A stretch of DNA of 64,000 bases from Octopus vulgaris (GCA_951406725.2 OX597818.1:129332001-129396000), one strand, 5' to 3'; counted from the stretch's first letter, positions 25,096-38,890 are shown. Made by a program: numbers and translations. Notes: generated from the letters alone by a model not told the origin.

Positions 25096-25899
25096 CATTT
25101 TTGTTGTTGTTATTGTGAGCAGTAGCAGAAGATCAGTAATAATATTTCTTGCTCAGTCACCCAAATTTAAATAGATTTAAATACAATTTAAAATTTCATT
25201 AAATTTATGGATAATAGTTTTCAAAAAATATAAAATATACCAAAATGATAAAAAGAAAAAAGATGTTGAAGCATTGTGTATATGTGTGTGTGTGTGTGTG
25301 CATGTGCATGTGCATGTTGTTTGTGTTGTGTGTGTATGTGCACATTTATATATCTATGAATACTTACAAATACGCACACATGTATATATTATGTATATAT
25401 ATATATATATATACATGCATACACATATACATACACATATTTACATACATACACACATATATATATATATACATATATGCATATATATATATACACATAT
25501 CTGGGCATTTATACAAATATACACAAACGCATGTATATGCACAAGCTCCCAAATACACATGCATATAAGCACATAAATCACATGCACACACCTATACAAT
25601 ACAAGCATACATACATACATGTGCATGTATGTATATGAGCAACCTCCATGTCACTTTGCTCTTATCAACTCTAAGTTTCAAGATTCCACCTTCCAGACTA
25701 AGGAACCCTACTGTCAACCCGCATCCTTCCGTCAAGTCCCACTCTCTATATTTGACATAGCACTTACCATCACATGGTCTGGAGTTCAGCCCTTTTGTGT
25801 GACACCTCCTTTAGCAATTGTTTTGTTTCTACAACAGTTTCAGGTGAGCAATGCCCTATGAGTGAATTTGGTACAAGGAAGCTACATGGAAGCCTGTCA

Positions 25900-25962
<63 letters not shown>

Positions 25963-26044
25963 GTGTATGTATATATATATATATATGTATATATATTTCA
26001 TTTCATCTTTCATTTCATTTAGTTTCAGCTCACGAGCTGTGGCC

Positions 26045-28215
26045 ACTCACTATGGTTTGTGTTTGAACAACACCTTATCTGTCTTGAACTACTACACAGT
26101 TTCCAATGCCACACTTTTGCTACCTCATCATTTTGCCACAACTTACATTGGTTTTGGGCATATGAAGGGCATTCATTCACAATAGGGGAAATGGTTTCAT
26201 CAAATCCATAACAAATTTGGCACTATGGAGACACTTGCTAATTTCTATGATTAGGAGATTTCTTGCCTTTCTGTCCAACTCCTTTAGTTCATCCTCTGTC
26301 CACTTCAGAATTCCAGCTCCATACTAAACCACTGAAACCGCACATGAGTTTATTGTTGCAATTATATTTCTGGCAGTGAACTTTAAATCCAATATCTTTC
26401 TCAATGGCTGCAGAAATGTCTTTTCTTACATATCACTATGCTTAATTCCATCAGCTTCAAGTATTCCTAGGTACCTGTATTTGGATTCAAGCTCACTTGC
26501 TTTCATCATATACTCATACTTTCTATTCTGATAAACTTTCACTGTCTCATCACCATCCCAGCACATTATAAAAGTCCAAATTCGGTCTGGATATCATGTG
26601 AGAAAATCCACGCAGAATGGACGAGGCTGTCCAGTTCTTTCCCCGTTTTTGCGAACACCTTCAAATCATCCACAAATAGCAGGTTATTAAGCTTTCCTTT
26701 GCCACTTTCCAGATCATATCCCAACTTTGTCTTCAGTAGTATTGCACTCAAAGGAATCGTCCCCAACACAAAGGTCAATGGGGACACACTGTTCTCCTAC
26801 AAGATTCCCCTCCTAATTTTCACATCTCCTAACACATGATTCTTTGATGTCAGTTCCCTTCTCTACTATTTCATACTGTTCCATAGCAGAAAGGCATCCC
26901 ATGTTTTCTGCTACTCCATACATTTCAATAGTTCTTGTTATTCAAGACGGTGGCATCATATTGGATGCTTTACAATAATCAATAATCAATCCACACCATG
27001 CTCAAATTTGTACAATTTCTCTTGCAGATTTTGCTTTTGTTCCTTAGGTTCCCTTTCGACATCCTTTCTGTCCAGTCAGTAGCAGCCCACTTTTTTTTAA
27101 AGTATCCTTACAATTTACCAGTCAAAACACCTGGCAGTAGTTTCCACATTAATGGAAGACATGCTATTGGTCATCATCATCATCATCATCATCATCATCG
27201 TTTAGCGTCCGCTTTCCATGCTGGCATGGGTTGGACGGTGCAACTGGGGTCTGGGAAGCCAGAAGGCTGCACCAGGCCCAGTCTGATCTGGCAATGTTCC
27301 TATGGCTGGATGCCCTTCCTAACGTCAACCACTCCATGAGTGTAGTGGGTGCTTTTTACGTGCCAGACGAGGCTGGCAAACGGCCACGAGCGGATGGTGC
27401 TATTTACGTGCCACTGGCACGGAGGCGAGGCGAGGCTGGCAATGGCCACGAGCGGATGGTGCTTTTTACGTGCCACTGGCACGGAAGCCAGTTGGGACGG
27501 CACTGGTAACGGCCACGTTCCAATGGTTCTCTTATGTCCCACGGGGACTGGTATCACAGCTACAATTTTCATTGATGTTGATCGATTTTGATTTTTGATA
27601 TTGATTTTGATTTTCAAAAGTTGGATACAATGTTACCCTTTTCAAGGTCCTTAACACAAAGCAATGTCTTTCTCTTTGTCATTCAGTTGGGCACTGAACC
27701 TTCCTGCAAGCATTTATTCAGCTGCTCTGCAATCCTTTCATTGATCCTTCACAGCTTCTTCATCACATATCCTTGGACACCATTTGGTCCTGGGCTCTTC
27801 CAATTTGGTATTATACTCACCTGTCTTTTTATCTTCTCTGTATTTATTTTTAAGTTGTTTTGACCTTGTATATTTCTTAACCTGTCTTGGATTTCATGTA
27901 GCCACTCTGCATTATCATTATGCTCCACAAGTTCATCCCAGATTCCCAATCAAAAGGCTCTGCTTTCATCTGCATCAGTTACCAACATCAGGTGTAATTG
28001 CCCATCTAATTCCTCAAACAGTTTTCTCTGATTAGCTTCAAACAATCTATTCTGTGCAAATTGTTTTCTTCTATAGTCACATCTTTCCAATTTTGCCTTG
28101 ATTGCTACTGCTCTTTGTTTCAATTCTTTCAATATTACATCATACCATTTATCTTTTACTCTATGTGTTCTTTCCAACCTTATTCTTAGGTTTCATACTG
28201 CAACTCCTCTATTTT
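26045..28215 (-). pseudogene. Decayed R4/Dong-like non-LTR reverse transcriptase, interrupted by an RTE 3' fragment
   Basis: KQFAQNRLFEANQRKLF, PNWKSPGPNGVQGY, PLTFVLGTIPLS, NNLLFVDDLKVFAK and FSHDIQTEFGL. Confidence 0.85.
27171..27615 (-). mobile_element. RTE-LINE 3'-UTR fragment with about 3 VNTR units
   Basis: Homologous to 11062-11760. Confidence 0.9.
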
Positions 28216-28249
28216 CAATTATTATTATTATTATATTATTATTATTATT

Positions 28250-28797
28250 GAGTGAAAGAGCAGTTCATGCCATCAAAGTGACACTGGGGTAAAATATACG
28301 AAGCCCAGTATACCCATCATGACTACCCATCTGATAAGGGTACACTAGGCACATGCATCACAACCATATGTGTGCGAAATGGTGATCTCATATCAAGATA
28401 AACAGCACATGACCTTGCAGGTGGGGCCCAGTTAGAATTTTCTTCAGGTCGAGTAACCCATCCTGCTCAAAAGGTCCCTGAATAAGGATTGTTTAAGGAT
28501 GTTGAACAAACCACCCATGTTTTCGAAGGTGAATTATTCAAACCCCAAAGAATCCCTCTCAACACATGGCTAAGATGCTCCCCCACTACTTCTGCTTGTG
28601 ATCGGAGATGCACATATCATCAGCCACTAAGGGACAAGCTCAACTGGTTAAGGTCAAACAACTGACAAGCAAATCTGTGGTATTGAGCAGAATATGTATT
28701 GTAGCCCATCTTTTATACCAAGACAAAACAATGTACATGATAACACTTCCAATCAGTTAAGATCAGAAGCCATGAGAGCCACTGCCTGGTACTGCAT
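28250..28797 (-). mobile_element. Non-coding retroposon fragment embedded in (TAA)n
   Basis: Reverse complement matches 60538-60741; both copies end ..ctcactc/ttcactc directly in TAA repeats. Confidence 0.7.
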
Positions 28798-28799
28798 CA

Positions 28800-28845
<46 letters not shown>

Positions 28846-29259
28846 TGATCTGACATTATTGTGAGCTGGCAGAATTGTTAAAGACACTGAGAAAAATGTT
28901 TGGTGGCATTCATTCCAGCTCTTTACATCCTGCCAGTGAATTATAAATCTCACCAAAGTCAAATCTGCTTTTCATGCTCCTGGGGTTGATAAAATAAAGT
29001 ACCCACCACATACTGGAATCATTATAATCAATTGTTTTCTCCGTCTCATACTAAGAAGTGGTTCAGCAAGCACTTGTTACTGTGAACAGCAAAAATAATT
29101 CACAAATCACACACTGCCGTTTTTTAAATTAAAAGAAAAGATGGGAAGGTCATGGCTGGAATAACATTAATTATAGAGCTGCTCAATCAAAAGGTTTGCT
29201 TGCATTAAACAACTACAATAATCCTGGTGGGTATCACAATTCCCAACAAAAAAACCCGA

Positions 29260-29317
29260 GCACCAGAATCATCATCACCACCATCATTATCATCACCACT
29301 AACATTATTTCTACATA

Positions 29318-29352
<35 letters not shown>

Positions 29353-30810
29353 CCACCACTACACGACCAGCATTAACACCACAACCACTGTCACCTTCAC
29401 CACTGACACTACCAGCAGCAGTAGCAGCAGCAGCACCACCACCACTACCACCATCACACAACCAGCATTAACACCACCATCACCACATCACCGTTAATGG
29501 CATCACTACCAATTTCATTATCACCATCAGGAACACCACCGGCATCAGCATCACCACCATCGTCATCAACAGCATCAGCATCCCCATTTTCATTATCCCC
29601 ACCACTAGCACTAACACCTACGCCATCAGCATAATGATCATCACCACAATTACTACCGCCTATGCCATCAACATCAAATCAAATACCACCACTAGTGTTA
29701 AGAATGTCACCCAAACCACCACCATAGCAACAACAGCATCATCATCATCATCATCGTCGTCGTCATCATTGTCGTTGTCATCATCATAATCATCATTATT
29801 GTTGTTGTTGCTGTTGTTGTTGTTGTTGTTGTTGTTGTTGTCATCATCGCCACTAATACGATGTCAACAACGTCAACAACAATATGGTAAAATAACTAAT
29901 GAATCTCTCCTTCTCATCTTTCTTCCTCATCCATTATATAACAACAACAACAACAACAACAACAACAACGGCAACAACAACAACAGGAATATCACCAACA
30001 CCAGTGCTACCATTAACGCAAACACTGCGACAACTGCAACCCCCAATACCACCAAACACCATCTCAGGCACTACCACAACCACTAGCATGAACATTACCA
30101 CCAACACCATCACAACCACCAAACTACCACCCCCCACCACCACCACGATCATCATCATCATCATCATCCACATCATCACTACCACCTCCAATACCACCAC
30201 TAATATGATAAAAGTATGCAACTTCACATTACGTCACCACCACCACCACCATCACTAGAGGCACTACCACAGCCACCAGCATTAACATCACCACTGACAC
30301 CATCATAACCACCAACACTATGACTACCTACACTACCACCACCACCACCATCACTAACACCATCACAACCACCGAAACTTCTACCACTACTACCACCACC
30401 ACAACCACTACCACCACTACTAGCATAAACATTGCCACCACCACCACCACTGCTGCCATCTTCATCCACACCATCACTACCACCTCCAATACCACCACTA
30501 AATATGATAAACTTCACATTACATCACCACCACCACCACCACCAACACCACCACCAGCTAGCATGACCAACATCAACACCATAAGGGCATAACAAACATC
30601 ACTACCACTACCCCCACCACTATCATCATCATCATCATCATCATCATCACCACCGCCTCCGACACCACCACTAATATACCAAACATAAACACCATCACAA
30701 CACAACATCCCCACCACCAACATGACTAACAATGACACGACTAACAGTAACATGATGACAACAACGACGACGACCACCACCGCCACCACCAACACCACCA
30801 ATACCCAGTC
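29260..30810. repeat. Degenerate (ACC/ATC/AAC)n low-complexity field with internal duplications
   Basis: The block catcactaccacctccaataccaccacta..tatgataaa..cttcacattac occurs at about 30170 and 30470. Confidence 0.85.
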
Positions 30811-31221
30811 AACCGCCACCTTCATTAAACGTACATGCAGCCAGCCTCTCATCCAGTTCCCTTCATCTGTGGTTTTTGCTCCATCAGTTGAACAAGTAAG
30901 TCTCTTTAAATGCTGTTGGATGTTCATGATACTTACAACAAAGGGCTCTTTAGAAAATATTGCATTTCAGCTCAAGGGAACTGCAAAGTAGCATTACAAG
31001 ACAAAAGAACTAATGTGCTGCCAGTTATACCTAGAGAGTCAGTTAAAATGGTTCCAGCTTACTTATAAGACAACAATATGCATGTGCGCATTTGTGTGTG
31101 TATGTGTGCATAGACACATTCATAGACATATATACATACACATTTTGCTTAGGCATTGTGAGGTAATGAGCCGATGTAGAAATCAGTATAGATATGCATC
31201 AGAAGAAAGTGTTAGGTGAGT

Positions 31222-31580
31222 ATAGGGTGATAATAAGAAAACGAGGTGATAAAAGAATAAAAGATTATCTTATGAGCTCCATTAGCTTGCAGCTGTTTCT
31301 GCCTTAAAATGCAACAGACTCATTCTTGAGTGCCTGAATAACATTTTATAGCTTCATCAGAGCCTTGAATATGAAGCAGACTTTATTTGGGAAAAGAATT
31401 GTATTTGTGATTACATACAAGGAAAGGCATTGCCAGCTTCATATTTGAGGCTCTGTTGAAGGTATAAGGTGTTATTCACTCAACTTTGAGTCCACTGCAT
31501 CTTATAGCAGGAACAGTTGTATTCTAATTAAGTTAATAACATAATCGTTCTTCCCTTTGTCATCTCGATTTCTCATCTGT
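31222..31580. mobile_element. Inverted pair of hammerhead-containing repeats (Penelope pLTR/retrozyme-like)
   Basis: Minus arm HHR motif at 31284-31364 and plus arm degenerate motif at 31449-31525; both homologous to 18535-18660. Confidence 0.65.
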
Positions 31581-32102
31581 GTGTGTATGCGTATGTGTGT
31601 GCGTGTGTGTGTATATATATAGTAAGAAAAGGTAAGTTGTAATGTAAAATATAAATATAAAATAAAAAAGGAAATGCACACAGTTTACATAGTTTTAATG
31701 TATTTTTTGATATATTTTATAAGTGAAAGAGTATTTGTGTTTGTTGACCGGTTTCACTTTCACTAATCATGACATTGAAATTATTGTAATTTCATATTTT
31801 CTTAAGAAGATTTTTGTCCATGCTGTGTATGGGAATTTCATTCACAGATTCCCATATTATGTCTGACATAGCAGATGCAGAAATACACATAGTGAAGTAT
31901 GCTGTATTTTGAACTCATAGTCAGCCTGAGGCTATATGAGACACTTGCCCAAGATGCCACAAGGTACTTTGTAGTGGGATTGAACCTGGAACCATCATCT
32001 AGGGTTTCCTTTCAAAGAACTGATGATGTAGGTACAAGAGATTCTCAGTCATTGATATTTAACCCTTTAACATTTACATTTCTTTGTCAAATGTATTGCT
32101 TA

Positions 32103-32316
32103 TTTACTCTTTTACTTGTTTCAGTCATTTGACTGCGGCCATGCTGGAGCACCGCCTTTAGTTGAGCAAATCGACCCTGGAACTTATTCTTGTAAGCCCA
32201 GTACTTATTCTATCGGTCTCTTTTGCCGAACCGCTAAGTGACGGGGATGTAAACACACCAGCATCGGTTGTCAAGCGATGTTGGGGGGACAAACACAGAC
32301 ACACAAACACACACAC

Positions 32317-32368
<52 letters not shown>

Positions 32369-32522
32369 GACAGGCTTCTTTCAGTTTCCGTCTACCAAAT
32401 CCACTCACAAGGCATTGGTCGGCCTGGGGCTATAGCGGAAGACACTTGCCCAAGATGCCACGCAGTGGGACTGAACCCGGAGCCATGTGGTTGGTTAGCT
32501 AGCTACTTACCACACAGCCACG
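32103..32522 (-). mobile_element. tRNA-derived SINE (family with internal (TA)n/(TG)n and GAGTAAA tail)
   Basis: tRNA-like head gtggctgtgtggtaag..gggttcagtccc; many copies in this window. Confidence 0.9.
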
Positions 32523-33350
32523 CATTATCTTGTAGCTTCAAGATTTCAATGGTGTGTTTGTATAAGGTTGGTGTTATGAAGGGCATCCAGCCATAGAAAC
32601 CATGCCTAAACAGACACAGAAGTATGGTGCAGATTTTTGCCTAGCCAGCTCCTGCCAAACCGGTCAACTTATGCCAGCATGGAAGGAGGATGTTAAATGA
32701 ACCAGTTTGTAGTGGAACCAGTGAAGGAACATTTACATGGTTGCTCAGTCTACTAGAAATAGCAGCCAAATTTCCAGGGATCACACAGATATACTGGAAA
32801 ATAAAGATGCTGATAACCCCATCACCCCAAAATAACGACAATGAAAAGATATACTGGTCATGGATGGAATACTTTTGCTCATAGAGCTGCTCTTTCAGTG
32901 CTGGCATGGAACTAAACAAAAACAACAACAATAATACAAACAACAATGTCAAATTTCTGGTTTATGGTTCTTTAGATCTAAGTCTACCTAAGTTCAGCTT
33001 AGTCTTTCATCTCTATATAAGTTGATGTAATAATAAGTATTGGCAATTTTAATGACTTCATGTATGAAATATATGAAAGATCCATTTATGGAAAAATCAT
33101 AAACATAAATGTAAGGAATGATGCAGGAATTTCCTCTACATATAGATTAGAACCAACAACATCCTTATATTCTGCCCCTCCTTAAGATCAATTTTATTTA
33201 ATCCTATCTGATTTATACCAGAAACCTCTACTATTCTCTTAAAAAAAATAGGCGGCATTTTATGGATACAAAAAGGGCTTGCTTTAACCCTTTTTTTACT
33301 TTATGTATATATCTATATATATATATAAACACATGCATATATATACATAC

Positions 33351-33382
<32 letters not shown>

Positions 33383-34504
33383 CATGTGCTTTAGGGCGGG
33401 AATATGAAAGAGAATTTCCTTATAGGGTTTGGTTAGGAGGTTGGTTATATCATGTATCAATTAATCAAACTTTTATTATCCTTTTTACATTTTTTTGCAT
33501 AAAGAATTCATGAGAAAAATTGGAAGTGTAAATAAAGGAATAAAGAAACGAGATACATCACAAATTATAAGCAGTAATTTTAAAAAGGAAATTGCAACAT
33601 TAAAATCAATGGATTTTAAAAATTCTTTTATAATTTTTATTCTATCATAAAATATATATATTTATTCTTTCATAATATATAATATATATATATACATATA
33701 TTTATTTATTTATTCTTTCACAATATATATATATATTTTTTAATAATCTTTTATTTGTTTCCATTATAATATAAAGTAAAACACTTCCTTTAAATCAGCC
33801 AGCTTATTAACCAAACAACAATGATTCAGAAATTTGGTAAATAAACATCATTTTTAAGGGTGTTTGTAAACTGTAGCTGCAATTTAAACAGCTGAAATTG
33901 ATTGCTTTCAAACAATTTGAAGAAACAAAACAAAGCCTACTTCTGTATACACACATAAACGCACAAAACGAAAATGCACTCCTACCCCGCCATCTCCCAC
34001 TCACACACACACACACTCTCACACCCGCCCACTCAAAGAATTAATCAGACAATGAGACAACAAAAATATGTAATCCTGTTTATGGAAACTGCTAATGAGG
34101 ATTTTCAGATGCCTTTAAAGAGTCATGCGATTAATTGAATTTGTTTTTGGATTCCACTGCTCAAATCTGATGGACCAAACCTTATTGGAGTAATTGGCAG
34201 AAGATGTGTTCAATATGTGCTTCAGTCAGTCAATTATCCTGTTTTTATTACTGGCATGTTCTTCTAAAATTTGGGATATCAAACAGGTGACATTCAGTGA
34301 CAGATTTCACCCTTTTGATACCAACCTGCCTGAGATTGCCTGTGGTTCTAAGATACAAGCTTTCTGTTTCAAAATGTTCTAATGTCCAAAGACTTCCACC
34401 AAAATTACATGTTAATATTTGCTCCAAACACCACCCTAACTATGACAATGTTATTTGACTAAATTCCTCATTTTAAAAATTAACTGAAACAAAAGTCAAT
34501 AATT

Positions 34505-34653
34505 AGCTGTGTGGTAAGAAGCTTGCTTACCAACCACATGGTTCTGGATTCAGTCTCATTACGTGGCACCTTGGGCAAGTGTCTGCTACTATAGCCTCAG
34601 GCCATCCAAAGCCTTGTGAGTGGATTTGGTAGACGGAAACTGATATAAGCCTG

Positions 34654-34691
<38 letters not shown>

Positions 34692-35200
34692 GACCGATAG
34701 AATAAGTACTAGGCTTACAAAGAATAAGTCCCGGGGTCGAGTTGCTCGATTAAAGGCGGTGCTCCAGCATGGCCGCAGTCAAATGACTGAAAAGAGTAAA
34801 AGAGTAAAAGAGTATATATATATTTACTTTTACTTGTTTCAGTCATTTGACTGCGGCCATGCTGGAGCACCACCTTTAGTCGAGCATATCGACCCTGGGA
34901 CTTATTCTTTGTAAGCCCAGTACTTATTCTATCAGTCTCTTTTGCCGAACCTTTAAGTGATGGCGATGTAAACACACCACCATCTGTTGTCAAGCAATAC
35001 TAGGGGGACAAACACAGACACATAAACATACACACACATATATATATATACATATATACGACAGGCTTCTTTCAGTTTCCGTCTACCAAATCCACTCACA
35101 AGGCCCGAGGCTATAGTAGAAGACACTTGCCCAAGATGCCACGTAGTGGGACTGAACCCGGAACCATGTGGTTGGTAAGCAAGCTACTTACCACACAGCC
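34505..35200. mobile_element. Tail-to-tail inverted pair of SINEs (34505-34812 +, 34823-35200 -)
   Basis: Same family as 32103; the two 3' ends are separated by only about 10 bp of (TA)n. Confidence 0.9.
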
Positions 35201-35335
35201 AGGGAAATGGAAAATTAATTTAAATTTTCACCTCCAGTGGCCTAACGTGTAAAAATTTAGTCCCAAAAGACTATGAATTAGTCATAATATATTGTGTACA
35301 TTTCCAAGAGTGGATTCCTTATGTGTTTAAATGTA

Positions 35336-35374
<39 letters not shown>

Positions 35375-35656
35375 TGTATGCATATGTGTCTTTGAGTCTG
35401 ATAATGATAATATTTTTTATTATAAGTGATCTTGACGTTCTTTTTACTTTACATAAAATATTCTTTACATTCTACTGTTGTTTTATTGCCAATTATTTAC
35501 GAGTACAATAAATTTTATAGGTAAAATATTTTCCTTGGAACGAATTGCGATTTATAACATTGTTACTATAGGAAATTATTGCTCTGCTTTATGAGTCTTC
35601 ACTTACGAGTGGTCTACAAACAAATTAACTCGTATATCAAGACATTTCTGTACATC

Positions 35657-35722
<66 letters not shown>

Positions 35723-35967
35723 CAGCAAAATTGTGAGGAAAAGCTAAGTATCATTTATTTAATCTGATGCTTTAAATATTTATTCTTTCAAATGCATTGC
35801 TTCACTAGAGACTTGTGTCAAATTATATATAGTTATTTGTTGAGCAATTCAGTGTGTTACATTTCATGTGAGATGAATTAAAATGTATTCTGTTGAGGTT
35901 ATGTGAGATTATTGTTATATGCATACACAAAAACAAATATATTCTTATATCAATAACAATATATTAA

Positions 35968-36445
35968 TATGAGGAGATATCCAAAAGTAAGTGGAAACAT
36001 TCTCTGTTGGACAAGTCCATTGTAGTTCAGGCTTCTGCCACTAGAAGCCACTTGATGCAATCTTCAGACTTCAGTCTGCTGACCGATGACAGCTTGTGAG
36101 GTCATACTGCCGCAAGGTGTGTCTTTATTTTGCATGTTTCTGTGAAATTCTGTTTTCTGCTGAGGAAAACAGTGATTGAAACAGTTGTCATACTTCAAAT
36201 AACTTACAAGGGCGCTGCCATGAGCAAAGCACAAGTTTATGAGTGGGTGAGTGGTTTTCACACTTCAGGAATGGTTACTTGTCCCTTGAAAACCAATCTT
36301 GTTCAGGGTGACTGTCAACCTCCCAGACAAATAAATACATCAAGAAAATTCATGAGCTGGTCTTGGAGGACCACCACTGAACAATTGGTGAACTTGTTGA
36401 TATGATTGGAGTGTCCTGGAGCATCTGCCAAGTAATTCTGAGCAA
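35968..36445 (+). mobile_element. Mariner-type transposon 5' fragment
   Basis: TIR-like gaggagatatccaaaagt after TA; VKFCFLLRKTVIETVVILQITYKGAAMSKAQVYEW is an N-terminal HTH. Confidence 0.8.
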
Positions 36446-36507
36446 GAAAAATTTGGTGTATCTTTAATTCCATGTTACACGTTTCCTTACAAGATAAGAA
36501 TTACATT

Positions 36508-36730
36508 ATTCTTTTACTTGTTTCAGTCATTTGACTGCAGCCTTGCTGGAGCGCCACCTTTAGTTGAGCAAGCAGAACCCAGAACTTATTCTTTGTAAGC
36601 CTAGTACTTATTCCATCAGTCTCTTTTGCTGAATTGCTAAGTTATAGAGACATAAACACACAAGCATCAGTTGTGAAGCAATGTTGGGAGCACAAACACA
36701 GACACACAAACATATAGATATAGATATACA

Positions 36731-36778
<48 letters not shown>

Positions 36779-37059
36779 TAAATTCATATAAATAAGGATA
36801 AGATCGTTATTTAAAATACTAATCTTATCAGGTGACTACCATGGGAATAAAAACCTCAAAGGTAATAATTAATTATTATAATTATAATTAAGGGTATCCA
36901 AGAGATACCACCACGCTTGAAATAGCAGTCAAAACCTGACTCTGACACCGCATTAAATGTGGTTGTGGTTTCAGAGTCAATTTTTGGCTGCTATTTCTAG
37001 CGTGGATGTATCTCTTAGGTACCCTTAATTATAATTTTATATGCATTTACATACATACA

Positions 37060-37091
<32 letters not shown>

Positions 37092-37243
37092 CGACAGGCT
37101 TCTTTCAGTTTTTGTCTACCAAATCCACTCAGAAGGCTTTGGTTGGCCTGAGGCTATAGCAGAAGACACCTGCCCAAGGTGCCGTGCAGTGGGACTGAAC
37201 CTGGAACCATGTGGTTGGTAAGCAAGCTACTTACCGCACAGCC
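36508..37243 (-). mobile_element. SINE (32103 family) with an insertion in its central (TA)n
   Basis: 3' half at 36508-36710 and 5' half at 37090-37243. Confidence 0.8.
36878..37037. repeat. About 160-bp palindrome (fold-back/MITE-like)
   Basis: attataattaagggtatccaagagatac..ccacgcttgaaatagcagtcaaaa..tgactctga / tcagagtca..ttttggctgctatttctagcgtgg..gtatctcttaggtacccttaattataat. Confidence 0.85.
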
Positions 37244-37524
37244 AGAATATAAATATTAATAATAATAATGATTACAAACAAACTGTGGCACAAGGCCAGC
37301 AATTTTAGGAGTGGGATGTTCAGTTGATTACACAAACTCCAGTGCTCAACTGGCATTTATTTTATGGACACTGAAAATATGTAAAGCAAAATCAACTACA
37401 ATGGAATTTGAACTCAGAAAGTAAAAGAAAGGAGGATGAAGTGTCACTAGCATTAGTGTGCGAATGATTCTGCCAGCTTGCTGCCTTAACAACAACAACA
37501 ACAACAAAAAATGTGTGTGAGATA

Positions 37525-38090
37525 TCATCATCATCATCATCATCATCGTTTAACGTCCGCTTTCCATGCTAGCATGGGTTGGACGGTTCAACCGGGGTCT
37601 GGGAAGCTAGAAGGCTGCACCAGGCCCAGTCTGATCTATCAGTGTTTCTACAGCTGGATGCCCTTCTTAATGCCAACCACTCCGTGAGTGTAGTGGGTGC
37701 TTTTTACGTGCCACCTGCACAGGTGCCAGACAAGGCTGGCAAACGGCCACAATCGGATGGTGCTTTTTACATGCCACCGGCACGGAGGCCAGGCGAGGCT
37801 GGCAAACGGCGATAATCGGATGGTGCTTTTTACATGCCACCGGCACGGGGACCAGACGAAGCTGGCAACGGCCACGGTCGGATGGTGCTTTTTACGTGCC
37901 ACTGGCATGGAGGCCAGGCGAGGCTGGCAATGGCCACGATCGGATGGTGCTTTTTACGTGTCACTGACACGGAGGCAGTCGGGGCGGCGCTGGCAATGGT
38001 CACGTTCGGATGGTTCTCTTATGTGCCACCGGCACTGGTATCACAGCTACAAATTCCATTGATGCTGACAGATTACAATTTTGATTTTCG
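37525..38090 (-). mobile_element. RTE-LINE 3'-UTR fragment with about 5 VNTR units
   Basis: Homologous to 11062-11760. Confidence 0.9.
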
Positions 38091-38450
38091 TAATCTGTCA
38101 ACATCAATGGAATATATTTGTTCATTTGTTGTACACCGGGTTTGCTAAGCTAGCATGGGTTACATAAATATATGGTGTTAAGGCATTTCATAGCTGCATG
38201 AACTTCCTGCTGCTAAACCTTATATATTTTACATTCCACCTATCTTTTGGTATCACAGAGCTGCCAAAAACTTTTATTGACACAGGAGTGACGACAGAGA
38301 ATGCTGGCTGTAGCTCAGCAATTTCATATGTTTGCAGAATGTAAACATTAACAGACACAGATTCAGAGGGACACAACCTAAAGCCAAGTGGTTGCATTGT
38401 GTGGTGTGTGTGTGTGTGTGTGAGTGTGTGTATGTGTGTATGTGTGTATG

Positions 38451-38508
<58 letters not shown>

Positions 38509-38890
38509 CACACACATACATATATATATATTTACAGCTATCCATCTATAAACACACGTACAAACACAGACACACACACCTCCTTTGTTACTTTTGCATT
38601 GTTTCTGTCTGTTGTTTTCTTTTATCTGTTTCACTCGTATATTGCTGTCCATTATTTTCAGTCCTTGTTTGTCCATCATCTCAGTTATATTTCCTATATT
38701 ACTGGCACAACCAGGGGTACAGTACCATAGAACTTACAGTCTTTAGATTTTAAATGCACTGAAACTGTGATGAGTCTGGACTCCATGGCTGATGAGAGGA
38801 TTTCCATGTTTATTTGCCCTTTGTCCTTTTCTGCTAATTATTTCTAGATTTTGTGCTGACTTTTTGTATATATATATATATATATATATA

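Noticed and set aside
30835-30902. Possible micro-exon ending at a GTAAGT donor
   Set aside because: The acceptor context is weak, the peptide is unrecognisable and there are no partner exons; it cannot be supported without RNA data.
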